IMG/VR virus record: IMGVR_UViG_2848843299_000006
Strand: one strand, 5' to 3'
DNA: 64,000 bases
DNA from: an uncultured virus (IMG/VR IMGVR_UViG_2848843299_000006)
Lineage: Duplodnaviria > Heunggongvirae > Uroviricota > Caudoviricetes
Shown: positions 41,046 to 51,107 of the stretch, in pieces
Position numbering within the stretch: the first letter of the stretch is position 1
Layout: the number at the start of each line of letters is the position of its first letter
The notes under the pieces: model-generated
Seen by the model: the letters and a program-made list of their open reading frames with translations, nothing else
Told to the model about the DNA's origin: nothing
Databases searched by the model: none
Program-made: the position numbers and the translations under genes

Positions 41046-42530
41046 TCAGTTCCAGTTGAATGTCAGAGACTTTGTCAGACGTTTGACGTTGCGGCGACTG
41101 ACCGCAAAATAACGGAATCCGTCAGCATCGTGTGATGTGTAGTCGTGAAGTGGTTTATCTTTCCAGCACCCGCGTTTGTCATCCCATTCTTTCCGGTACG
41201 CCTCAAGGTGGGTAATGCCTTCGCCACACTTGTTCTCATCGAATACACAGAGCGGCAGGATTTCGCGCACTGCCTCAATACCCTCATCAACGGATAGCTT
41301 CGGCACCACCTCAAAGCGGATGGAGTAGGTTTGCCCGTCAATTTCGTACCCTTCCTGCGCCAGTTCCCGGCGTGATTTCGCGTCTGAACCGAACTCGCGG
41401 TTGTCGATATCATGCGGCCCGTTGTGGCTGGCATATTCATAGCCTTTGTCTTTCAGTACTTTCATGTAGTGCCGCAGACCTTCGCCACTGTTTGAGTAGT
41501 GATCGATGATGTGAAATTCTTCACCGACTTCACGCACAAACCAGATTGAAGTGGAGTCACCCACACCGATATCCCAGTACGTATGCACCGGCAGATGTGA
41601 GTTATCAGGGATTTCGCCAATGCGTTTATTCTCGTACAGCCAGCGGAATTGCTTGGCGTAATACGCACCATCCACAGACTGCTGAAATGCCTCTGACGGT
41701 ATCGACGGGTATTCCCTCTTCATATCGTCGCCGAGTGTTTTTTCTTTGGCGTAGTACCAGGCTTTCTGCCGGTCGTTGAGCGTAATTCCGTACTTGCCGG
41801 ATAGCTCAGCAAAATAGTCAGTCAGGCGCTGCGGTAGCTGCTCAACAGGGTCGATTGCGTACTGCGGATTCTTCCACCAGGAGAAGAAGAAAAACTTCCA
41901 GTCCAGCGGAGATAATGATTTGCCCTGCATCAGTGCTTTTTCAGCCAGCTGGCAATAATCGAAGAAATAACCGGCCCGCCCTTCTGCTGTACTTTCAATT
42001 GTCGTGAAGCATTCAGTCGATACAGCCTCAAACGCTCCTGTGACAATCTCACGGGCCTTTTCCGGCTGCCTGGCGCATATCTTCCCGAACTCTGATACGT
42101 GCAGATAACTCAGCGTACCGCCACGAAATGATACTGACACGGTCACCGAGCCGCCTTTGCTGAATACCAGCTCACCGGCAGAGTCATTGCTCGCAGGATT
42201 GGCCGCTTTGATTTCATCCGGAAGTCGCTCGTAGGCGTACTTTATCTTCTCCCTGAACAGGCGTTTTGCGTCCGGTAAGGTGTGCGCTATCAGTGCGCAC
42301 TTAGCTGATTCAAATATGGCTGCGTCAAGCTGGATAATGCAGACCTCAGTCGTGAATCCAAGCTGACGGGCTTTCAGAATGATATTGCGGTTGTGGATGC
42401 CTTCGAAATATTCTGTTTGCTCAGGCGTCATTTTGAAGCGAACCGGATGACCTTCTTTATCGGTGATCCAGTACAGATTATTCAGACGCCATTGCTTATT
42501 ACGCAGTAACGCTAAATGCTCTGGCTTCAT
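41046..42530 (-). CDS. terL: Terminase large subunit
   Basis: ILKARQLGFTT Walker A, LHVSE, ESTAEG, WDIG..D, HD..SH.AD nuclease motifs. Confidence 0.95.
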   Translation of the reverse strand: MKPEHLALLRNKQWRLNNLYWITDKEGHPVRFKMTPEQTEYFEGIHNRNIILKARQLGFTTEVCIIQLDAAIFESAKCALIAHTLPDAKRLFREKIKYAYERLPDEIKAANPASNDSAGELVFSKGGSVTVSVSFRGGTLSYLHVSEFGKICARQPEKAREIVTGAFEAVSTECFTTIESTAEGRAGYFFDYCQLAEKALMQGKSLSPLDWKFFFFSWWKNPQYAIDPVEQLPQRLTDYFAELSGKYGITLNDRQKAWYYAKEKTLGDDMKREYPSIPSEAFQQSVDGAYYAKQFRWLYENKRIGEIPDNSHLPVHTYWDIGVGDSTSIWFVREVGEEFHIIDHYSNSGEGLRHYMKVLKDKGYEYASHNGPHDIDNREFGSDAKSRRELAQEGYEIDGQTYSIRFEVVPKLSVDEGIEAVREILPLCVFDENKCGEGITHLEAYRKEWDDKRGCWKDKPLHDYTSHDADGFRYFAVSRRNVKRLTKSLTFNWN

Positions 42531-42531
42531 A

Positions 42532-43059
42532 TTATTTGCCCGATAGTTCGTCCATCAGGTCAGAGAGAGTGCCGACAACATCATGCTCGCTTTTAATCTG
42601 GTCCCGGAATGCCTGGACAGATATGTGCTTACCGAGCAATTCAAGGTTCTTGACCTTGTCAGGCCATTTTATTTTCTTCAGGATGCCGATCATTTCCCGA
42701 TTTTCACCACGTCCTTCAAACATATCAGCAAGGTCGAAGCCGCTCAGGTAGCGTCGCCATGATGCAGGCCAGTCGGAGACCGGCCTTATGCTCATGTCAT
42801 CGGTCATAATGTCGAGAATATCCATCTGGTCTATTTCAACCAGGCGCCTCAGCACATATTCAGCATCAACTTTAAGTTGCTCACTGCGGCTGCTCATTAA
42901 TTCCTGAATCCGTTTTTCGATGTCAGGTTTTGTCAGGTTTTCATTCCCGACACTTCGCGCAGTTTTATCACTGTACCCCGCACGAATAGCCGCCTGTGTA
43001 GCGTTCAAATCTACGAGGTACTCACGACAAAACATTTCCTGTTTATCTGTGAGTGCCAT
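42532..43059 (-). CDS. terS: Terminase small subunit
   Basis: [24 protein letters not shown]. Confidence 0.95.
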   Translation of the reverse strand: MALTDKQEMFCREYLVDLNATQAAIRAGYSDKTARSVGNENLTKPDIEKRIQELMSSRSEQLKVDAEYVLRRLVEIDQMDILDIMTDDMSIRPVSDWPASWRRYLSGFDLADMFEGRGENREMIGILKKIKWPDKVKNLELLGKHISVQAFRDQIKSEHDVVGTLSDLMDELSGK

Positions 43060-43061
43060 AA

Positions 43062-43265
43062 TTATTCCTTGCTCTTTTCCTCAACCACCGGAATGTATCT
43101 GATGTCGCTGATTTCATCCGGTGCGGTATATGTCCATGAGCCATCCAGACCAGAAATACCAATCAGTCCGTTAGTAATGCGGGGCTCTTTCGTTGTCGTC
43201 AGTCCGTGATATGTCGTACCGTCCTTTTTGGTTGCTGTGACTTCGTATTTTTCAGTCATGTCCAC
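43062..43265 (-). CDS. Hypothetical phage protein
   Basis: Coupled to terS, GAGG RBS. Confidence 0.6.
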   Translation of the reverse strand: MDMTEKYEVTATKKDGTTYHGLTTTKEPRITNGLIGISGLDGSWTYTAPDEISDIRYIPVVEEKSKE

Positions 43266-43289
43266 CTCAGTTGATTGATGTTCACCATT

Positions 43290-43425
43290 TCTTCCACCAC
43301 GGCAGGTGTCGCCGCATATGAGGGTGTCTTTATCCCGGTGTTACCGATTATTCTGGATGTCCACACGCTCGCTGTGAGGAGTGGCACTGGTCATGGCTAA
43401 TGTGGCAGAGGAGATCGGCAGCTCG
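43290..43425 (-). ncRNA. Candidate structured RNA with kink-turn (copy B)
   Basis: Stems TGCCGAT/ATCGGTA and CCACA/TGTGG enclosing GC-CAT-GACC...GCGA-GC; covaries with copy A. Confidence 0.55.
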
Positions 43426-43431
43426 CAGGTA

Positions 43432-43456
43432 ATAAAAAACCCGCCGGAGCGGGTTG
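43432..43456 (-). terminator. Intrinsic terminator downstream of blc
   Basis: AACCCGC TCCG GCGGGTT plus T-run; similar hairpins at about 38578-38600 and 23783-23804. Confidence 0.7.
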
Positions 43457-43528
43457 TTGTGTTTTATTTGCTGAAATATTTAATATTCAGTCCATTCAGT
43501 ATCCCGGGGAATAAACCGGAATATAATC

Positions 43529-44047
43529 TTATTGAAATATAAGTATTCTTTCTCTGTCAAAACCATGTTCACCGGCAAAGCTGAGATACTCATTTAACAG
43601 CTCTGTCGGCATAGCTGGCGTACGTGATAACACCCACAGGTAATCTTTATCGGGGCCAACAACCAGTGAGTACTGATAGTCATCATCAAGCTTAATAATA
43701 TTGTAACCTCCATAGAAAGGTCCGAAGAAAGATACCTTTAACGCCCCTGTATCAGCTGAGTTAACAAAATAGGCCTTTCCGGTACTCTCTTTCCATTTAT
43801 TGTTACTCGCATCCCAACCCCTGTTGATAACCTTCACACCACCATCATCACGAAGAGAATAGTTAGCTGTAACTTTGCTTAAGCCTTTTTCAAAACGATT
43901 ATCTATCCTGGCAATTTCATACCAGTCACCTAAGTAATGAGATAAATCAAAAGGTTTAACCGGGGTTATATCTTTAGGCACTTTGACACTGCATCCATTA
44001 AGCAGAAACATACCCAAAAACATAAAAACTGACTTTATCTGCATCAT
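43529..44047 (-). CDS. blc: Outer-membrane lipocalin Blc
   Basis: LLNGC lipobox; YLG.WYEIAR.D..FE.GL; LKVSFFGPFYGGY; YLW.LSRTP. Confidence 0.93.
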   Translation of the reverse strand: MMQIKSVFMFLGMFLLNGCSVKVPKDITPVKPFDLSHYLGDWYEIARIDNRFEKGLSKVTANYSLRDDGGVKVINRGWDASNNKWKESTGKAYFVNSADTGALKVSFFGPFYGGYNIIKLDDDYQYSLVVGPDKDYLWVLSRTPAMPTELLNEYLSFAGEHGFDRERILIFQ

Positions 44048-44426
44048 AACCTCATCAAGTTATTAACCAATGAGATACTTTCGCATAAAAAATGTGTTTG
44101 TACGATCTATTCACTGTTCCACAGTAGCCATTACTGTCATCTCAATATCGGTGATACATCAGAGGAACAGCAGGAAATTTCCGGCAGATAAAACAATGCC
44201 TTTCCCGCCTGATATTACAGTGTCAACCATGGCACTGCGATATACCCTGTTTTTATGCAGTTATATTTTTCGTACAGACTGAAACACCGGGTAATATTTT
44301 TATACAAACTAAAACCAGCTCACAATATGTTAAGCTGGCTTTATGGTGTATTCTCACGTTTCAATAAGAATGATATTCATTATTTTTTAGTAATGAATAA
44401 CATTTATGATTATATTTTTGGCGTAA

Positions 44427-44699
44427 TTAGATTGCTAAAGGCTCCATATATACAAAGGAGCTTTTTACTGATTCTGTATAATCATTCTGAGTTTCAGGAA
44501 ACAGATATTCATAAGACACATGAAATATATTTATTATCTTAAATACAACACTGACATCTATTTTATTAACACCTCGTTCATACCTTGACAACTGTTGCTG
44601 TGACACTCCCAGCATTCTGGCTAACATCTTTGTAGTCAAGCCATTACGGTGTCTTAAATCGCGGATGTTCTGGCCTACAATAAAATTAATATCTTTCAT
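44427..44699 (-). CDS. MrpJ-type XRE HTH regulator (moron)
   Basis: VGQNIR.LR..GVSQQQLSRYERG; AGGAGG RBS. Confidence 0.82.
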   Translation of the reverse strand: MKDINFIVGQNIRDLRHRNGLTTKMLARMLGVSQQQLSRYERGVNKIDVSVVFKIINIFHVSYEYLFPETQNDYTESVKSSFVYMEPLAI

Positions 44700-45004
44700 T
44701 CTGAACCTCCTAATAAACATATATTAAGAGTAAAGCATAATATGCTGACTGACAAACCAAGTCATCAACAAAAAATAGACTATTCAGAATGATTACCCAA
44801 CAAAGGAAGATATCTCGAGTAAAAAAACCCGAAACTATAATTTAATGACTATCAAAAAGATTAATTAACCTCATTAACCTTAATTATAAACCTCACACCA
44901 AGTAATTATACTTGTTTATGTTTCGTTTAACTTTTAGCAGGTATATTCGATTGCAGGAGTCGTAAGTATCCCTTCTATTAATCATTTGCCCAGCAATTGC
45001 CGGG

Positions 45005-45259
45005 CTATTTTTTTATCCTCCCCGCTTCAATCTCCCGTATTGCCCTCTTATCGTGATTACAGTTAGCAATATATTTCATGGCATCAGCCAGCAGCTCAAC
45101 TGCACCACCGAACGTCAGATCATCCGGTATATCTACCTGCTCACAATCAGCGGTCAGTTGTGGCGGAATCGGTATCACCGGTGCGGGTATTAATTCCGGT
45201 CGCGTATCTGCGCAACTCACTGACAGCATCAGCGGGAACAGGAGTAACAGCGCATTCAC
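45005..45259 (-). CDS. Rz1: o-spanin (Rz1-like)
   Basis: Homolog of 1250-1504; lipobox. Confidence 0.8.
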   Translation of the reverse strand: MNALLLLFPLMLSVSCADTRPELIPAPVIPIPPQLTADCEQVDIPDDLTFGGAVELLADAMKYIANCNHDKRAIREIEAGRIKK

Positions 45260-45524
45260 TGCCCTTAAATACTGTTTTGATAACTGTCTTAACGTTGACA
45301 TGCTCTGTACCCTCGGTCTGTTTGGCTTTGATGTTGTCGAGTAATACGCGGTGATTAGTGGCTATGGCTGAAAGTGTGGTGGTGTTTATCGCCTGCTGTG
45401 CTGATAACTGGCCTGAGAGTACTGTGTTACTCACTTTCAGCTGTTGGTTATCCCGGTAGGTGTCATATACCCACCAGGCGGCAGCAATAAACAGCGCGGC
45501 AATTACCGCTTCTTTCCGGTTCAT
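45147..45524 (-). CDS. Rz: i-spanin (Rz-like)
   Basis: Homolog of 1386-1769. Confidence 0.8.
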   Translation of the reverse strand: MNRKEAVIAALFIAAAWWVYDTYRDNQQLKVSNTVLSGQLSAQQAINTTTLSAIATNHRVLLDNIKAKQTEGTEHVNVKTVIKTVFKGSECAVTPVPADAVSELRRYATGINTRTGDTDSATTDR

Positions 45525-45679
45525 AACGCTTCACACTTATAATGGATCACACCACCCAGCGGGTTACCCGGCAGAGGCTTACAGTGATTCGGGAGTGAAT
45601 ACAGATAACAACCCGCCAACAGAGCAGTAGTCAGCAGGATGATAGCAATGATGATCAACGTTAAGGGGTTCCGTGGCAT
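45521..45679 (-). CDS. Small putative lipoprotein (52 aa)
   Basis: [52 protein letters not shown]; absent from ORF track. Confidence 0.65.
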   Translation of the reverse strand: MPRNPLTLIIIAIILLTTALLAGCYLYSLPNHCKPLPGNPLGGVIHYKCEAL

Positions 45680-46137
45680 ACCGCGTTCTCCGTATCCCGC
45701 CGGTTAATCAGTCCGTGCCACTGCTTGCCACCGGCAAATGTCCAGCGTTTCATTTCGTCACACGCACCGGCGATATCACCGGCATTGAGTTTGCGCAGCA
45801 TAGTGGAGCGCGAGAACGCGCCGGGGCCGACGTTGTAGACAAATGAATAGATGGCCGCCCGGGTATTGTCATCAATCGGCACTTTGATCATAGGATCAAC
45901 CGCGCGCCGGACTTTCGTCAGGTCGTCGTGCAACAAGGCCTTGCATTCAGCGTCCGTGTACAGCTTGCCGGGCTGAATATCACTACCGGTATGGCCATAA
46001 CATACGGTGAGCACTCCGGCCACATCACGATAAGGCGTATACTCAACACCTTCATATACGGGGATCAGCACCAGCGCACCGGCAATTGCCCCGGCAGTAC
46101 AAGCAGCCATGACCTTTTTAACCAATCGCTTATTCAT
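45661..46137 (-). CDS. SAR-type endolysin
   Basis: Homolog of 1906-2382. Confidence 0.92.
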   Translation of the reverse strand: MNKRLVKKVMAACTAGAIAGALVLIPVYEGVEYTPYRDVAGVLTVCYGHTGSDIQPGKLYTDAECKALLHDDLTKVRRAVDPMIKVPIDDNTRAAIYSFVYNVGPGAFSRSTMLRKLNAGDIAGACDEMKRWTFAGGKQWHGLINRRDTENAVCHGTP

Positions 46138-46321
46138 GATGTTCTCCGGCTTTCAGCTGAAATTCCTTCCGTTTGTAATACCAGTTAACCAGGAACGTAC
46201 CGACGGTACAGATGATCCCGGCAACAATAGCCCACTGATCCAGAGATAAAATGCCAAAGGCAGAGGTTATAAGCCCCCAGGCGTATGCTGTAGGGCTGGA
46301 ATATTTGTCGGACATGCGCAT
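46130..46321 (-). CDS. Class II holin with M-R-M dual start
   Basis: Homolog of 2375-2566. Confidence 0.88.
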   Translation of the reverse strand: MRMSDKYSSPTAYAWGLITSAFGILSLDQWAIVAGIICTVGTFLVNWYYKRKEFQLKAGEHHE

Positions 46322-46802
46322 ATCCACCCCTTGCGGAGTGTTCCGTATGTTGAGTGATAGGGAAATCCCGCAACCGGGTTATATGATTTAAACAGGTTAA
46401 AGTGAGGTGGCTGCGGCATTATTCGGAATCCCACCAGAGGCGGGAAATCAATAAGAAGAGCACTGTGACCGAATACGGATTAGGTAATGAGCCTGTCGTA
46501 TTCCTGTGCTCTTATTATTGCCATGAATAAAAAACCGCGTACAGCTCTTATGTTAAGTGATAATAAGGTAATTGATGCTGTGGCAATATAAACGAAAAAG
46601 GCCGCAAAAGGCGACCTTTGGAATTTAAATAAATATTATACAACCTTTCTTAATCTAAATGACGCACTACAATTGTAAACAATACATCTTAGTTATGTTG
46701 TTGGTATATACTTATTCTTTCCCCGGTTGCTGTTTGCGGTTTTTTTGTACACAACTAATGCTCTATCCGGTGATTCAACAGAATTGAATATGTGAGCTAT
46801 CA

Positions 46803-47009
46803 TTATGGTTTTTTATCATCCTGACTCAGGCATAGCGAACATAAAACAACAGGCCCTTTTGCTATAACAACAGCCTGTTGAATAGCTGCATGCTCTCCCC
46901 AGAAATATCCGACATACGCTGTACTTTTAGCCTGCTGTAACTTTTGACATGTAATTTTATGTAAAACAAAACTACTATCACTCTCAGTCAACGTTAAATA
47001 ATAATCCAT
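46803..47009 (-). CDS. Hypothetical protein with H..C / CxxC (possible Zn binder)
   Basis: LHK.TC..CSLC; GGGG RBS. Confidence 0.55.
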   Translation of the reverse strand: MDYYLTLTESDSSFVLHKITCQKLQQAKSTAYVGYFWGEHAAIQQAVVIAKGPVVLCSLCLSQDDKKP

Positions 47010-47177
47010 ATACCCCGCCTGTTATTCTTTATACTTATAAAAACAGGAATAACATATTAACAGGGATTTTAAAAATTAAAAAATCTACTGATTCCCTGTC
47101 ATAAGAATCCAGCCAGACAACTGATCCTGCCACACCATGGATCTGGTACATCTTTTTTTAAACAAAAAAACAGAATA

Positions 47178-47321
47178 TTATGCATTACAGTCCTCTTGTT
47201 TATTCAATTCAGCAAGCGCTAATTCTCTCATCCAATCTGAAAGCAGTGGTTTAGTTTTTACCGCATCCATGAGCGCTCTCTCTTTTTTGGTCAGGCGAAC
47301 AACAATTACTTCTGTTTTCAT
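47178..47321 (-). CDS. Small ribbon-helix-helix-like protein (47 aa)
   Basis: MKTEVIVVRLTKKERALMDAVKTKPLLSDWMRELALAEL; alternating beta pattern plus LS.W.R..AL helix; absent from ORF track. Confidence 0.5.
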   Translation of the reverse strand: MKTEVIVVRLTKKERALMDAVKTKPLLSDWMRELALAELNKQEDCNA

Positions 47322-47934
47322 ATTAGGCACAATAATTTCCCTCTGTTAAGAAATAATATTGGCACAAAATAAAAACAGAGATGTCGACTTTACACGTATT
47401 TACATAATAAAAAGCCCCATCATAACTGATGAGGCTGAAAAGACTCTGGTGGAGCACCTAGTCTCCCCGTCTTCATCTTTTACTCTTTAAGTATAGCAGA
47501 TAAAATCAATACGCCCCCCAAAAAACAAGATAATCAAATTTTAATTTAAAATATAATGGCCGTTTTATGGATGGTGATGTTTTGTATCAATTTATTCCTG
47601 ACATTTACATAACACAAGTAATCTGTGGATAGTTTTACACATACTTCAAATGTGATTTATGCAAAGTAAACAACCATCAACACAATGGCTAACACCAGCA
47701 AAGCAGAAACTGATAACCATTGAAATAAACGGAACACTGTATCAAATTGAAACGGGTTAAACATAGATACTCCTCTGGAACATAGTCCCGTGAGTGCCGC
47801 TCATTTCTCTGATTCACCGGTAAAGAAGATAACCTTACGGTTGTAAAGTCAGCTCCCAGACTGAGCCAACGGCACGGTATTGACAACACTACTATACCAC
47901 ATCGTCTTGGCACGGATTTTTTATTTACCTGATA

Positions 47935-48369
47935 TTACTCAGCTTCGCAGTTTACCTTTTTTCTTTTAAGAATTGGTTTTTCTGTATTAGCTACATAAAG
48001 AGCAAATACTAATATCAGAATTGTAATTGAATATACGATTAATAATGATGGTTGTTTATGTTCGACTACTACCAGCCTGATAACCGCTGTTATTGCTATA
48101 TATAAAAAATAATGCAGCGGAAAATGATAGTTTGATTGAAAGTACTTGATTATTAATGCAATAAATTCAAAATATAAAAAATATATAATTATCCCATCAA
48201 CTAATGAATACAGCGACACCGGGTCATTTTTTTTAAATAACAAAGCAGCAAGGATAATTGTTTCTTTTATCAAAAAAACAATCAATATAATTGCCAAAAG
48301 TAACAGTGCCGCACTGCTGATCCACTGAAGCAACCGACTTATTAACTTTGATTGGCTCAACCCTGACAT
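47935..48369 (-). CDS. psiE: Phosphate-starvation-inducible membrane protein PsiE
   Basis: [30 protein letters not shown]. Confidence 0.9.
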   Translation of the reverse strand: MSGLSQSKLISRLLQWISSAALLLLAIILIVFLIKETIILAALLFKKNDPVSLYSLVDGIIIYFLYFEFIALIIKYFQSNYHFPLHYFLYIAITAVIRLVVVEHKQPSLLIVYSITILILVFALYVANTEKPILKRKKVNCEAE

Positions 48370-48637
48370 GATGGCTCCTGAGGTTTCCCTCTTCAATATC
48401 ACATCTATTTTTTATAGAATACAAAAATAAAGAACCGAAGGTACGGAACTTGCTAAACGTCAGCTGATATGAAATGTGTTTATACAGTTTACCACATTCT
48501 ATTTCTTTAACTGTCTTACTTACACGTGATTACAATAAATAATCAACTTCATCAACATGAGTATAAAAACCCGCAATACGAAGTTTTTGTTTATAAGCAA
48601 TGTGATACAGAGATCATTCAATGACAATCTTTGTAAC

Positions 48638-49567
48638 TTATTTGTACAGAGAATTTTCTCCCGGAGGTCTGGTCTTAAACCTTCTGTGTGCCCACAAGTA
48701 TTGGTCCGGAGCATGCATGATTTCTGCCTCAATAATCTGATTTAGTTTCTCAGCATCTGCCAGGTCATCTCCACACGGAAAATCAGCAATTTCTTTACCA
48801 ATTATTAATTCATAAGGCCTCTTACCACTTTCATTATTTCTTATCATCGTTGCAGTAAGTATCGGCGACTTCGATAATTTGGCTATAGCTGCCACTCCTT
48901 TTGATGTAGAAGCATTAGCTACCGAAAAAAAAGGGGCGAAGATAGTACCTTTAGTTCCAAAGTCCTGATCCGGAGCAAACCAAATAGCCTGCCCGCGTTT
49001 TAGTTCCGATACCATAAACTTCAGATTCTTACGGTCGATCATCCCGCTTCCGGAACGGCTTCGGCATCTTGTTTGTATATACTCCATTGCTTTATTGTTG
49101 TGGGGACGATACATAGCATTTACAGGAAAACACAGCCCCATAACTCTGCCCCCAAGTTCCAGCGACATGGAATGAATACCAATAATTAAAACACCATTAT
49201 TTTTGTCATATACATCATTAAAGTTATCACAACCCGTTACTCTAAATATTTCATTAATTTTTTTGTCATTCCAGAACCAGGCAATACCGGTTTCAAATAA
49301 TGCAATCCCTAAAGATGACAGGTTGCTTGCAACCATACTCTCTATCTGGATTTTATTTCTGTCAGGAAAACATAATTCTAAATTTTTTTTAATTATGGAT
49401 ACCCGCCTTTTCAGGAACAAACCAGAAAAACGACCTAACTTATCGCCTAAAAACACAAGCCATGGATAAGGCATCTGAACTAAACAGAAAAGCAACAGGA
49501 TACCAATCCAGGTTAAAATGTACCTTGGGTGAAGAAGCCTGATAGAAAATTTATTCAGAGAATACAT
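48638..49567 (-). CDS. lpxP: Lipid A acyltransferase, LpxP-like (palmitoleoyl transferase)
   Basis: HPRY.LTW..KNLELCFP..H.MSLELGGRVMGLC..WFAPDQD..QYLW.HRRFKTRP; MSLELGGRVMGLC matches LpxP rather than LpxL. Confidence 0.88.
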   Translation of the reverse strand: MYSLNKFSIRLLHPRYILTWIGILLLFCLVQMPYPWLVFLGDKLGRFSGLFLKRRVSIIKKNLELCFPDRNKIQIESMVASNLSSLGIALFETGIAWFWNDKKINEIFRVTGCDNFNDVYDKNNGVLIIGIHSMSLELGGRVMGLCFPVNAMYRPHNNKAMEYIQTRCRSRSGSGMIDRKNLKFMVSELKRGQAIWFAPDQDFGTKGTIFAPFFSVANASTSKGVAAIAKLSKSPILTATMIRNNESGKRPYELIIGKEIADFPCGDDLADAEKLNQIIEAEIMHAPDQYLWAHRRFKTRPPGENSLYK

Positions 49568-49792
49568 TTTTTCCTGATAAGGAATAATTACTGCATAATA
49601 AAAAGGCCTGATAATATTATCAGGCCTTGGAATTTAGTTTTTCTATTGCCTGGACAACAGCATCACCGTTTTACAAAAAATGCATTTTGCACCATGCGGA
49701 TTTGATGCAGAAACATCAAAGTGCGAAGTCCGGTATTGTGTTCCACTGCAACAGGGGCACTGAAAAAACAGTGCTATTATCATTGGTGCGCC

Positions 49793-50005
49793 TTAGAGAC
49801 CCACCACATTTGATGCAGACGGACCTTTTGCCCCGTCTTCAATATTGAAGGTAACATTCTGACCTTCAAATAATGTTTTGAAGCTGTCACTCTGGATCGC
49901 AGAGAAGTGAACAAACACATCTTTGCTACCATCTGCCGGAGAGATGAAGCCAAAACCTTTCGATTCGTTAAACCATTTTACTGAACCAGTCATTGTATTA
50001 GACAT
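49793..50005 (-). CDS. Cold-shock protein, CspA family
   Basis: RNP1/RNP2 motifs; cspA-type promoter at 50183-50211. Confidence 0.95.
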   Translation of the reverse strand: MSNTMTGSVKWFNESKGFGFISPADGSKDVFVHFSAIQSDSFKTLFEGQNVTFNIEDGAKGPSASNVVGL

Positions 50006-50300
50006 AGAATTTCCTTTAATTTTTTGATTGCCATAAGGCATATGAGGTTTGTTTTTTATTTTTACTTATGGGAATTAATTAGAAGGAATTCGCAATGAAG
50101 TGGTATCGAGGATAACGCTAAATGGTGAACGACTTTAAACTGACTAGCATAAATAGGCCTGTACTTCCAAACCAGTGACCCCATTAAGCCACAGATGATC
50201 ACAAATAGCAAACTTTATTATTTTATCCCTCGGATGTTACGTATCACTACACGTAAATCACGACTGATTTTAACCAATTATCTTATCTGTTTATCAACAT

Positions 50301-50393
50301 AAAAAAACCCCCGTAAAAACGGGGTTTCAGTTTGTAATCAATACGACACAGAAATAACTCTGATCACAATAGCGTCTTTTTTACGATCGTAAA
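50301..50393 (-). promoter_or_regulatory. pR' and tR'
   Basis: Same arrangement as 8285-8376. Confidence 0.55.
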
Positions 50394-50818
50394 GCATTAA
50401 TTTTTAAATCATGTAATTTGTTCATAAATGTCCGCATACCTCCATGATGTGATGTACCGTCCATTTCCAGTTTTACATCTCCCATTATGAGCATTCCTTC
50501 CACCAGCCCTTCTGCCTTCTGGAGTTTTTTCCCTATGTGAGTGTCTGAGCACCCGTATTTCTTGGCCAACTGAATAAACGTCTTACCGAAAACATAGTAA
50601 TCAAAAAGCAGATCATGCATATCGCTGTTGCGGATGTTCAGTTTTGCCATAATGCCGGATATCACCAGTGCATCATTATCAGTACATTGCTGACGACTCT
50701 TAACTTTTTCAGGGATCAGCCCTTTAAACCCGGCAGCAATTGGTGACCAATATACTGATTCCTGATTATCAACAACCCAAGCCCCCCACCGTTCTAACAC
50801 CTGGCGAATATCACGCAT
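50381..50818 (-). CDS. Q: Late antiterminator Q
   Basis: Differs from 8364-8801 by one residue in the ORF track. Confidence 0.92.
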   Translation of the reverse strand: MRDIRQVLERWGAWVVDNQESVYWSPIAAGFKGLIPEKVKSRQQCTDNDALVISGIMAKLNIRNSDMHDLLFDYYVFGKTFIQLAKKYGCSDTHIGKKLQKAEGLVEGMLIMGDVKLEMDGTSHHGGMRTFMNKLHDLKINALRS

Positions 50819-51107
50819 ACATTACCTCGTTATTTTGCAGGCTATGAGGTTTAATATCTTCCGATAAAACAGAAATGACGCTTCCCGTATAGTTGCCCTG
50901 AAGAGTAGTGTTGCTCCAATGTTTCTCTCTCATTGTTCTCACTCCTGTATGCCTTTCATCTCGAACTCGGTCATAAGCACACCGATGTAGATTATGTACG
51001 CTTCGCACCAGGTATCCCGGTGAAACGTCCTGACTGTGTACCGGTTTATTTTCAACTCAGTCACCAGTGTCGCCTGATTACCGTAGTGTTCAGGTATCGG
51101 TGTAATT

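Noticed and set aside
25327..43102. Numerous + strand ORFs in the head and tail region
   Set aside because: Antisense shadows of well-supported minus-strand structural genes.
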